This document shows, in pieces, positions 47,172 through 56,201 of a DNA stretch of 64,000 nt. The stretch comes from a virus, in IMG/VR virus record IMGVR_UViG_3300030090_007211, positions 32,001-96,000 of that record; one strand, 5' to 3'. Positions within the stretch are counted from its first letter, which is position 1; each line of letters opens with the position of its first letter. The position numbers and the translations under genes were made by a program. The notes beneath the pieces are model-generated. The model worked only from the letters and a program-made list of their open reading frames with translations, was not told where the DNA came from and ran no database searches.

Positions 47172-47678
47172 CTATATTAATTTTACTTTTACCCCATTAC
47201 TGTTGGTTAAGGTAATAGGTTTGTCTCCCTCTATGGCTTTTGCAATACCGGTTCGTGTGTCTTTATTTTTATCTGTATGAATAGTAAATACTATTCTATC
47301 ACTGCTCGTTACCCCACCTGAAATAAATCTATAATCAATACCTTTTTGTTGCATGGCAGTTTTCGCTTTTGATAAACGGGATTTAACAATACTACCAGTC
47401 CCGTATGTTAATTTTATTTTTAATTGTAAATAATCATTTGGGACTAACTTAATAGATTCTATATTTGGGTTAAAGGTTCGACCATCCGCAATTATTTGTA
47501 GTTTATATGAGTGTGCAATATCTTTTTCTTGGGATGTAACCATTATACTATTATCTCCCCCTAAAGGAACTTTTACTATTGTAGTATCTGAAGGTATTTC
47601 ATCTATTCTCTGTTCACCCAATATCCTTTTATTGGCTTCCTCTATTAACTGTCTTTTTAATTTTCCTAGTCTACTCAT
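47172..47678 (-). CDS. Leader-D protein
   Basis: MSRLGKLKRQLIEEANKRILGEQ; cargo unrelated to neighbour's. Confidence 0.75.
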   Translation of the reverse strand: MSRLGKLKRQLIEEANKRILGEQRIDEIPSDTTIVKVPLGGDNSIMVTSQEKDIAHSYKLQIIADGRTFNPNIESIKLVPNDYLQLKIKLTYGTGSIVKSRLSKAKTAMQQKGIDYRFISGGVTSSDRIVFTIHTDKNKDTRTGIAKAIEGDKPITLTNSNGVKVKLI

Positions 47679-47687
47679 AATTTTTTT

Positions 47688-48218
47688 TTAGTCTATATTA
47701 GATTTATCTTCTTGCGAATATGTACATAAGATATTCTGTATGAATCTAAGATAAGTATTATTAACATCTAAATCCGCTGAGAGTTTTTTATTAGTTTTAT
47801 CCATTTCCTTAATATAGTTATTTATCTTATCTTTATCTTTTTTAGGGATTGACATTCCTCTCATTTTACTTTTGAGTTCTTTTACTGAATTGATGGTAAG
47901 TTCATCACATAGGTCATTATTATCTTTACCGGATTTATCTACATCCTTTATGTAGTTTTTACCTTTACCATCTATATGACTTTCATTCATTGATTGTTGT
48001 TTACTAAGATATTGTACCATCGCCTGATCTGCCTCCCATTTATCCAACCCATAGTGTTTCATAAAATATCTGGTAATTTTATGTTGTCCTTTTAACCCTT
48101 TGTTTTTACGAAACGTACTACTAACGGCATCATGTATTTTACTATTTAAGTTTTCATTTAAACGTCTAATTGTTTTTTCAACCAAACTATTTAATATATT
48201 TTCTTCTTCTCTTTCCAT
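47688..48218 (-). CDS. Multi-module protein with YG-like unit
   Basis: RLNE and SMNE-S sites; KHYGLDKWEA; late motif at 48223. Confidence 0.65.
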   Translation of the reverse strand: MEREEENILNSLVEKTIRRLNENLNSKIHDAVSSTFRKNKGLKGQHKITRYFMKHYGLDKWEADQAMVQYLSKQQSMNESHIDGKGKNYIKDVDKSGKDNNDLCDELTINSVKELKSKMRGMSIPKKDKDKINNYIKEMDKTNKKLSADLDVNNTYLRFIQNILCTYSQEDKSNID

Positions 48219-48280
48219 TATATATAAATATCTATTACTTTTTATTTGTAAATATCAATAATTTTTTGTATATTTGTCTT

Positions 48281-48580
48281 ATGAAACAATTATTTTATTA
48301 TATCATCATTCGTCTTACAACCAGACATGCAATTAACGCAGTGAAAATTTATGAAACTCTATATCATAAATCCACTTCACCTGAAGTTAAAAAAAAATCT
48401 CCTCTGAAAACGGAAGGTAAAACTAAACCCACCAAACGTAAGAATCATCCTAAATTTTCAGTTAACCCTAAAAAACAAGAAATATTAGATTCTTTAGAAT
48501 ATCTAAAAAGGAAAGAAGTAAAATCTAAACAGGATAAGAGTTCCATTTCAATGTTAGAGGGAATTTTGGCAACAATGTAG
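48281..48580 (+). CDS. Basic hypothetical protein (start corrected)
   Basis: TTTG(48245)-N20-TATATTTG(48269) then ATG 48281. Confidence 0.6.
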   Translation: MKQLFYYIIIRLTTRHAINAVKIYETLYHKSTSPEVKKKSPLKTEGKTKPTKRKNHPKFSVNPKKQEILDSLEYLKRKEVKSKQDKSSISMLEGILATM

Positions 48581-48585
48581 TGATA

Positions 48586-49263
48586 TTAAAATTTTCTACG
48601 TTTTTTCTGTAAATCATCCATCATATCATGTGGTTGATCCCACCAACCATCACCTTTCTTTCTGAACTCATCTTCACTTTTTCTATTACCCTCTTTATCC
48701 ACATCCACTAATTTGATTCTTCTATGTTGTCCACCTGAAAAATCTGAATTAACTGCAATATCATTTATTTTTTGTTTATAGTCTGCAAACAATTTTTGTA
48801 TATTCTTTTTAAATTCTACTGTAAGTTTTTCCGCTTCTTCACTATATGTTTTTACACTATTAATTGCTTCTTCTATATCATATAGTTCATAATCACCTTT
48901 ATCTCTATCAGTATGTGCCAATTTTTCAGTTTTGGGATTATAATAAGGTGTATAGTATCCTTCTTTTTGTTCTTCACTATGATTTAATAAATCATATGAT
49001 ATATAATCAGGATGAGAGTCATCACCAAAAGAACCATGCCCCCTACTTTCTATGTCTCTTTCACTAACACCTGCGGAAAAATTCCACGCTTCAGGATTCA
49101 ACCGAAAGTATATACGTTTTTTTATTTCTGGGATATATGTACTCCAACCATATTTAGATTTTGCAATATGTAGTTCTGTATCTGGTGATCTATTAATCTC
49201 TGGCGATGTTAAATCATCAGGATTAAATTCTTCTTTAAGTATCTTTTGTATAATATGTTTCAT
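48586..49263 (-). CDS. Leader-B protein
   Basis: MKHIIQKILKEE. Confidence 0.72.
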   Translation of the reverse strand: MKHIIQKILKEEFNPDDLTSPEINRSPDTELHIAKSKYGWSTYIPEIKKRIYFRLNPEAWNFSAGVSERDIESRGHGSFGDDSHPDYISYDLLNHSEEQKEGYYTPYYNPKTEKLAHTDRDKGDYELYDIEEAINSVKTYSEEAEKLTVEFKKNIQKLFADYKQKINDIAVNSDFSGGQHRRIKLVDVDKEGNRKSEDEFRKKGDGWWDQPHDMMDDLQKKRRKF

Positions 49264-49265
49264 TT

Positions 49266-50249
49266 TTAACTCATTGCATGATGATGGTGCATAAAATATT
49301 CGTAAGGGATATAACCGATATATTTTCTACGATAATAATTATTATTAAACACATCTTTTATTATGTTAACTCCTTTAGAACCTGAGGCATGAATCATATC
49401 TACTTTATTACCATCTCTATTATGGACAAATCCTGTGTGTCTTGCGTTTTTACCTCTACCGGATCTCCCAAACAATAAAATATCTCCTTTTTTGGTTTCG
49501 CCCCAATTCTTTTTTCCTTTTCTAAATCCTTTTTCTCTCAATAGACTTCCCGTAGTATCACGACCAGGAGAATCTAATTCCTCAACGTGCCTAAATGTCC
49601 AATCTACTAACCCACTACAATCTCCACCTTCACCATCAAACTCGTCTCCCCACTTATATGGTTCCCCTAATCTTTCTTCTGCAGTTTTTACAATTTTATC
49701 CCCAATAGTTAAATCTACTTCTTCATGATCATAAACACCATCACTTTCTTCATCATCATATTCAATTTCATGGTGCTCTACCTCTTCCTCATCACTTACT
49801 ACTCCTTCTTCTACTGAATTAATTAATTCTTCTACCCCTTTATCATGAAACTTAGCTTCTTTAGTGATTTCCTCATATAATTTGGTATAGGTGTGTGGTC
49901 CTACAATTTTATCCCATTCCATTGAATCTTTAAATACGTCTTTTTGAAATTTCAGAACCGCATCAGCAGTATCAGGACCATATACCCCATCTATTCCATG
50001 TGGTCCAACATCATATCCTAATGCAACCAACATTTTTTGAACTCTTTTTACATGACTTTTTTCATTAGATTTATATCTTTTTAAATATCTACCGTCAATA
50101 TCTCTTTGCCATTCATCCGCATTTTTACTTAAACTTTGATTGGCTGCGGTGGCAACACCACCTATCGTCTTACCTAATTTACTAATAATACTTTCATCTT
50201 CACGTAAGATTATTTTCTTAAATTGGCTTTCCGTAATTTTAATTAACAT
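49266..50249 (-). CDS. Leader-A PG-binding plus NlpC/P60 endopeptidase
   Basis: MLIKITESQFKKIILRE; VQKML..LGY....IDGVYGP.T..AV..FQ; LG.PY.WG...DCSG...GDILLF...HTG...IHAS. Confidence 0.9.
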   Translation of the reverse strand: MLIKITESQFKKIILREDESIISKLGKTIGGVATAANQSLSKNADEWQRDIDGRYLKRYKSNEKSHVKRVQKMLVALGYDVGPHGIDGVYGPDTADAVLKFQKDVFKDSMEWDKIVGPHTYTKLYEEITKEAKFHDKGVEELINSVEEGVVSDEEEVEHHEIEYDDEESDGVYDHEEVDLTIGDKIVKTAEERLGEPYKWGDEFDGEGGDCSGLVDWTFRHVEELDSPGRDTTGSLLREKGFRKGKKNWGETKKGDILLFGRSGRGKNARHTGFVHNRDGNKVDMIHASGSKGVNIIKDVFNNNYYRRKYIGYIPYEYFMHHHHAMS

Positions 50250-50332
50250 ATTTTTTTAGTTTTTTTATTATAAATATTTGGTTTTTTAATAAAAATGTTG
50301 TATATTTGATGAAATATCTAAAAAAATACGCT

Positions 50333-50965
50333 ATGTTAACCAAAATCAATCTACTTTCTATAATATTAATAATTGTCTTGGGGTGTGAAAAAGACAAACC
50401 TTCTAATCAGGTGACGACACCAACATATACCTATAATATCTTATTACAACCCTTAGATGATAAAATAAGTGAAGTTTACTTAACCAGTGCAGAAAGAAGC
50501 TTAAAAGAGTATTTTCCGGAAGTTACCATAAAGGTGGCAGAACCTCTTGTTTTACCTGATAAATGTTTTAATGGGAAAAGATATAGGGCTGATTCCATTA
50601 TTAGATATTTGAGGTCTATAAAGACTAACGAATATCAAACTATTGTGGGTATAACCTCCCAAGACATTTCCAATACTAGAACATTAACTAAAAATGGAAA
50701 GAAAATAGTTTATGATGATTATGGGATTTTAGGGTTGGGGTTTAAACCGGGTCCTAGCTGCGTTATTTCTTATTACAGAATGGCTCGCAATATTCCTATG
50801 TTTAGTAGGACTGTGGTTCATGAATATATGCATACTTTGGGTGTACCTCATTGTGAACATAAACATTGTTTGATGCAAGATGGGAAAGGTTCAGGAAAAA
50901 ATATGAGAGAATCTACCCACGTACATGCAGAGTGTAAACACATCGCACTAAAAGGATTACATTAA
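50333..50965 (+). CDS. Archaemetzincin-like (M54) Zn metalloprotease lipoprotein
   Basis: Lipobox VLGC; HEYMHTLGVPHCEHKHCLM; promoter TTTG(50277)-N20-TATATTTG(50301). Confidence 0.8.
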   Translation: MLTKINLLSIILIIVLGCEKDKPSNQVTTPTYTYNILLQPLDDKISEVYLTSAERSLKEYFPEVTIKVAEPLVLPDKCFNGKRYRADSIIRYLRSIKTNEYQTIVGITSQDISNTRTLTKNGKKIVYDDYGILGLGFKPGPSCVISYYRMARNIPMFSRTVVHEYMHTLGVPHCEHKHCLMQDGKGSGKNMRESTHVHAECKHIALKGLH

Positions 50966-52470
50966 GTAATTTGAACACCGAATTCTTTAGTTAACGAAGA
51001 AGGGGATGGACAAAATTCATCTTGTCCCACACCACCTAATTTTATAAAGTAATCTCCTTCTTTTCCAGGTTCTACTTTTACTAAATAATCTTTAGGGTTT
51101 TCAGACATTAAAAATACTTGTGTCCCTATGTTTGCCATTGCTTGTACTTTTGGGTTTTGAATGAATTGTGGATCCACATTAAAACATCCAGCACTTAAAT
51201 CATATTTGCTTGTCATACTTTCTACTGCCTCAATATATTCTGGTGGAATATTTCCGTATTGTAAATCCTTTTTTAATAATTTACTTAATTCTGCATCTGC
51301 TACCAATCTATTTTTGACAGGTACTATTGCATGTATTGCAGTACCTAAATCCACTCCATCAAGTGTACCTAATCCCAATGTGTTAGGTATACCTTTTTTA
51401 CCCCTATAACCTTTTTTATAATATTTACTATTGATTTTATAAATACCTGGTGCTTGATATCGTTTATGTTTTTTGGCGAGAATAGAATAATTATATACTT
51501 TTCCTTTAGTATATTCTGGTTTATCTGAAGCAACCGAGTTACTTGAAACTATATTCCCTTTTACACAGGTTTTTATAAATTTTTTATTCTTTAATCGAAT
51601 TGCTTTCCATTCCCCTCCTGATAATTGACACCATTCTGCACGTGTAAATACTACATCTTGTTGTTTATCTGCACTAGCAACCGATTGGGAATAATCAATT
51701 AATTTATAGTCTTTAGTAAATGCTAACACTAAATTTAAACGTGGATCCACAATAAAAAATGGTTTACCATTATTTGCGTTTCTCACTTGTATATAAGCTA
51801 ATTCCTTATTAATTCTATCTGCGCCTGGTACAGTATCTTTTACTGCAAATCCTCTCTCAATAGCATCTTTTTTATCTTTAACATAATCCCAATAAGTTGG
51901 ATTATTATAACGATTAAATATAGAATATAAATTTTCACCATCTACAATATAATTTAATGCGGTTAAAATATATTTATTATCATGTTTACCCTTCGGATCT
52001 AATTTCAATTTCTCCGCAATTTTTTTATATTCATTATTAACAAATTGTCTAAATTTATTACCTTCTATTGTATTTTTAAAAGGTGAAACAACAATTCGTT
52101 CATCACCAGAAATGTTTTTATAATTTCTTAATAAGTTAGCTCGTCTACCACCAATTGGTGCGGTTTTCTGATTTGATTGGTGTTTAGTATCTACCTCCAT
52201 AGAAGTTAGGGTTTCAGGCCCCACTATCCCATCAATCTTTAATTTATTTTTACTCTGGTAATCTCTAACTGCCTTATAGGTTTTATCTCCATATTTACCA
52301 TCTACACCATCTTTATTAGGACCAGAAGTCCCCAAATCATACCCATTATTTTTTAAAATTTGTTGTATTTCTTTTACTTTTTCTCCTTTACTACCTCTTT
52401 TATAAAGAGTTGTTGTCTGCTCTTTAAGTATTAATTTTTTAAATTGACTTTCTGTTACTAATATTTTCAT
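50962..52470 (-). CDS. Leader-A PG-binding plus L,D-transpeptidase-like (YkuD) protein
   Basis: MKILVTESQFKKLILKE; GSKGEKVKEIQ...DGKYG..T..AV..YQ...DGIVGPET; AIHA...SAGCFN. Confidence 0.78.
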   Translation of the reverse strand: MKILVTESQFKKLILKEQTTTLYKRGSKGEKVKEIQQILKNNGYDLGTSGPNKDGVDGKYGDKTYKAVRDYQSKNKLKIDGIVGPETLTSMEVDTKHQSNQKTAPIGGRRANLLRNYKNISGDERIVVSPFKNTIEGNKFRQFVNNEYKKIAEKLKLDPKGKHDNKYILTALNYIVDGENLYSIFNRYNNPTYWDYVKDKKDAIERGFAVKDTVPGADRINKELAYIQVRNANNGKPFFIVDPRLNLVLAFTKDYKLIDYSQSVASADKQQDVVFTRAEWCQLSGGEWKAIRLKNKKFIKTCVKGNIVSSNSVASDKPEYTKGKVYNYSILAKKHKRYQAPGIYKINSKYYKKGYRGKKGIPNTLGLGTLDGVDLGTAIHAIVPVKNRLVADAELSKLLKKDLQYGNIPPEYIEAVESMTSKYDLSAGCFNVDPQFIQNPKVQAMANIGTQVFLMSENPKDYLVKVEPGKEGDYFIKLGGVGQDEFCPSPSSLTKEFGVQIT

Positions 52471-52503
52471 ATAATATAAATATAAAGAAAATGTAAAATA
52501 AAC

Positions 52504-53079
52504 CTATTTTTCCATATCAATAAACACATAATGGATAGGATCTATAGGTTTACAAAATTTAAGAATTTCATAGTGTAAATGACTACCAGTGCTGTGACCA
52601 CTACTACCTATCTTACCAATAGGAGTTTTATCTTTTATAAATTCCCCTTCTTTACATAATAATTTACTTAGATGTGCGTATTTTGTTTTATATCCTCCAC
52701 CATGATCAATAATCACACATTTCCCATATCCACCAGAATATTTTGCCAATTCAATAAAACCACTACCAGTGGCATAGACAGTATCTTTTTTATTACCTCT
52801 AAAATCTATACCATCATGATGTCTCCATCTTCTACTAAACGGATCTTTCCTCACCCCAAATTTACTACTTACTTCAATACATTTAACTGGTGAACCAAAA
52901 GGTATATAATCCCACATATCATTAAAAAGAGAATCTTGTAAAATCTGTTCATTGCGTAGTTGGTTGAGTTGGGTATTTTGTTCCTGTACTAGAGAAGATA
53001 AATTATTATAAGAAATCATAAAGTATAAACCCAATATACCTATGATTATACCGCTAAATAGGAATAGAAAATTTCTCAT
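52504..53079 (-). CDS. M23 family peptidase with N-terminal TM anchor
   Basis: SSKFG.R.DP...HDGIDF...GYG...DH...YAHL...STGSHLHYE. Confidence 0.93.
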   Translation of the reverse strand: MRNFLFLFSGIIIGILGLYFMISYNNLSSLVQEQNTQLNQLRNEQILQDSLFNDMWDYIPFGSPVKCIEVSSKFGVRKDPFSRRWRHHDGIDFRGNKKDTVYATGSGFIELAKYSGGYGKCVIIDHGGGYKTKYAHLSKLLCKEGEFIKDKTPIGKIGSSGHSTGSHLHYEILKFCKPIDPIHYVFIDMEK

Positions 53080-53088
53080 AGATTTAAT

Positions 53089-53661
53089 CTATTCTTTAAT
53101 AAACCAATATAAATCTTTTTGATGGTAGGTCCTATCAATACATTTTAGTCGTTCTTGTTTTTCTATGATTGTGTCAGGTTTAAATTTTTTCTTATAGAGA
53201 AAGAGACATCCTGGTTTAATAGTGTTATAAATATATAAATTGGTTTTAACTTCATATCCCGTATTATCTGCGTATACTACCGTAGCATCTGAAAAATCCT
53301 TATTTTCAATCTTATCACAATAAAATTCTATATTTGTTTTATCTTTTCCATACTCTTCTAATAAATCTATTGCCCCTTGATGTCTTTCTTTACTATATTC
53401 TATACCCACACTTTTTTTTATACCATATTGTAAACCATAGTGTAATACTGTTTTTCCTAACCCACTACCTAAATCATAAAAAATGGTGTCCTCATTAAAA
53501 TATTTTTTAAAATTTTCCACAATCTGATTTCCACCTTTTTGAGTTAATTCACCATATACCCCTTGATCTCTTACACTAGGCCAAATACTTGTAAAATTAG
53601 TTTTATTTTTATATTTTGAGTAAGGGCTGGTTTTATAAATTTTTTTTATTATTTCATTCAT
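53089..53661 (-). CDS. Class I SAM methyltransferase, DOT1-like
   Basis: YGE, FYDLGSGLGK, GIEYS..RH, ATVVY. Confidence 0.75.
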   Translation of the reverse strand: MNEIIKKIYKTSPYSKYKNKTNFTSIWPSVRDQGVYGELTQKGGNQIVENFKKYFNEDTIFYDLGSGLGKTVLHYGLQYGIKKSVGIEYSKERHQGAIDLLEEYGKDKTNIEFYCDKIENKDFSDATVVYADNTGYEVKTNLYIYNTIKPGCLFLYKKKFKPDTIIEKQERLKCIDRTYHQKDLYWFIKE

Positions 53662-53665
53662 AGTT

Positions 53666-54235
53666 TTATTCTTTTATTAACCAATAAATGAAATCGTGTA
53701 GATAAGTTCTAGGAATCCCATTTTCTTGGTGGATAGTTTCTGTTATTTCATCAGGATTATAACCTAATCTCTTAAATAAATATAGACAATTTTTAGGAAC
53801 TTTATCATAAACTTCTTTACATACTTCACCTGGCAATAAAGTATTATCACAATAAACTACTGTTGCATCACTAATATCACATTCTTGAAAAGCCATATTA
53901 AAAAATTCAATGTTATCTGTGGAAGGTGCGTACTGATTTTTTAAATGAATTGCCCCCTTATGACGAGGGGGACTATACTCAATACCAATAGATTTGCGAG
54001 GATTAACGGTTAATCCTACATGTAAAACCATTTTACCTAATCCACTTCCTATATCATAAAACACCATATCTTTATTAAAGTAATCACTAAATTTATCCAT
54101 CAGTATTTCTGTACCTCTTTGAGATATTTCTCCATAATGTGATGACCCAATTTTCCTATCAATATACTTTCTATTTTTCCAAGGATATACGTTTGGGTTT
54201 AGTTTATAAATTTTTTTAAGATTTTCTTCTACCAT
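53666..54235 (-). CDS. Class I SAM methyltransferase, DOT1-like (tandem paralog)
   Basis: YGE, FYDIGSGLGK, GIEYS..RH, ATVVY. Confidence 0.75.
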   Translation of the reverse strand: MVEENLKKIYKLNPNVYPWKNRKYIDRKIGSSHYGEISQRGTEILMDKFSDYFNKDMVFYDIGSGLGKMVLHVGLTVNPRKSIGIEYSPPRHKGAIHLKNQYAPSTDNIEFFNMAFQECDISDATVVYCDNTLLPGEVCKEVYDKVPKNCLYLFKRLGYNPDEITETIHQENGIPRTYLHDFIYWLIKE

Positions 54236-54614
54236 TTTTAATTTTTAATCTTACCCACATAATAGGATATGCGATTATTGCAAAGATAAGGAATCCTATC
54301 ATTTTTAATACCATATTACCAAAGGTATAAATGTGTTCCCATATATTTTTTAATAGTTTTTTCATACACATACAATTAAAATGGAGGGAGGGATAGAAAA
54401 ATCTGAGATAGGGGCTTTAACCCACTTGGCTTTTCTCTTTCTCTATGAAACTTTTCTTCTCCCAACCTTCTCATTTATTTTTATTTACTATGTGACTATA
54501 TACCATCCATACTGCATAAGTCAGTATAAGGATCTGAAATTCTAATAACAAAGTAAAGTCCATATTAATAAATAGTAGAATATATAATAAACATTTTATC
54601 TTTTTATATTTAAC

Positions 54615-54644
54615 TTCATCGGTTAAAATACCCTATTCATCGGT
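54615..54644 (+). promoter_or_regulatory. 9-bp direct repeat with 12-bp spacer (LytTR-type geometry)
   Basis: TTCATCGGT-N12-TTCATCGGT. Confidence 0.45.
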
Positions 54645-54711
54645 ATTTTCTTACTTTTCCCTAAGATTATTGGTATAATAGGTTACTTATTAAAAAGAAA
54701 ATTATAAAATT

Positions 54712-55485
54712 ATGAATATCGAAAAAAGAAAAGACAGATTAGCAGACTTATCAATGATCCTTATATTGATAATATTTTTATTTTTAGGTGTAACTATGTT
54801 ATCCGCACAATCAACTCCATACCCCCAATTTCAAAACCCATCTTTAGAGGATGCAATTGGTGTAGGTGTTTCACCTTGGGGATATTCAAAATGTACTACT
54901 GGTGGTCCCTCCTCACCAGATATTCAACCAGGTATTTGGAATGTATTTTTACAACCTTCAGATGGTTTTAGTTATGTTGGGTTTATTTGTAGAGGAAATA
55001 ATACGTGGGAAAGTTTCACAACTCAATTAAATGCTCCGTTATGGGGTGGAACTCAATATGCATTTCTTGTAGATCTTGCCTCTTCAGATAAATATTTTGG
55101 TTATAATGATTCTGCTGCAACTTTAAAAATATGGGGTGGAAACTCCAACTGCGATAAACAATATTTGTTATGGGAATCAACCCCAGTTACTAATGTAAAC
55201 TATTGGAAAACAGATACAGTAATATTTACAACAAGTGAAAAATCAATAACCCATCTAACATTCGAACCAGGCTATACAACTTCATTACCATATAAGGGAA
55301 ATGTATTAATAGATAACATACGCCCTTATAATGGTACTGTTGTAGGAATAGAAGATATTAGAATGGATGAAAAAGAAACTAAAATATATGATCTATTAGG
55401 TAGAGAGATAGAAAATTGGGAATCCATACCTCTTAATACTCTTTATATTGAAGGTGGTGAAAAGAAAGTTAAATATTCTTTTTAA
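54712..55485 (+). CDS. Secreted beta-sandwich protein with T9SS-CTD-like tail
   Basis: Signal peptide ending LSAQ; F.NPSLE...IDNI jelly-roll-like; C-terminal KIYDLLGRE. Confidence 0.55.
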   Translation: MNIEKRKDRLADLSMILILIIFLFLGVTMLSAQSTPYPQFQNPSLEDAIGVGVSPWGYSKCTTGGPSSPDIQPGIWNVFLQPSDGFSYVGFICRGNNTWESFTTQLNAPLWGGTQYAFLVDLASSDKYFGYNDSAATLKIWGGNSNCDKQYLLWESTPVTNVNYWKTDTVIFTTSEKSITHLTFEPGYTTSLPYKGNVLIDNIRPYNGTVVGIEDIRMDEKETKIYDLLGREIENWESIPLNTLYIEGGEKKVKYSF

Positions 55486-55486
55486 G

Positions 55487-55855
55487 TCATCTTGCAAAAT
55501 TTCTAGTTCCGTTTTCTTCTATTATTACCACTTTCTTCAGTTTATTCATTACTGCGCAAACTCTTTCCATTTTGGATTGTCTATCTGTATCGTAGGATCC
55601 GTATTTTTGTCTTTGGGCAATTTCTGTTCTATCATCTACCACTACCCCATATAGGTCAATAAATTCCCTGATCAACTCCGCCATAGTAGATTTACCACTT
55701 CCACTTAATCCTGTTATGGTTATTAATAACTCATCCTGTTGAAGTGTTTCTATGGGTATTTCCCTACATGGATTAATCCATGTTAGTGATACATCACCTG
55801 TATTGTTAGATGTGGTAATGATATGATCCCGTAATGTTGTTAGTTTTTGTGCCAT
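55487..55855 (-). CDS. P-loop-containing small protein
   Basis: ITITGLSGSGKST. Confidence 0.6.
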   Translation of the reverse strand: MAQKLTTLRDHIITTSNNTGDVSLTWINPCREIPIETLQQDELLITITGLSGSGKSTMAELIREFIDLYGVVVDDRTEIAQRQKYGSYDTDRQSKMERVCAVMNKLKKVVIIEENGTRNFAR

Positions 55856-55874
55856 TCGTATATCTTTTTAATTG

Positions 55875-56201
55875 TTATTTATGATTGAATAACCAGCGAG
55901 TAAATTCATTATCGCGGTTAACTTCTATTTTATAATTAGGATACTTTGTATGCATAAATTTAATTATTTCTATTACATCTTTATCTCTAGTTTGGGGGTC
56001 ACAGATAGTCAGAGTTATTTCTCTAACTAACTTTCCTTCATAGAGTTCCCATTCCATTTCCCTTATATTAGCGATACATTCTCCTTTTTTAAGTACGTCC
56101 CATCCATCGACCTCATAACCTTTCTCCACAATTTGTTTCCCTGTTAACTTATAACATGTACAACTACTTAGAATAATAATCAATAACAGTATCTTACTCA
56201 T
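55875..56201 (-). CDS. Lipoprotein
   Basis: MSKILLLIIILSSC lipobox. Confidence 0.7.
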   Translation of the reverse strand: MSKILLLIIILSSCTCYKLTGKQIVEKGYEVDGWDVLKKGECIANIREMEWELYEGKLVREITLTICDPQTRDKDVIEIIKFMHTKYPNYKIEVNRDNEFTRWLFNHK

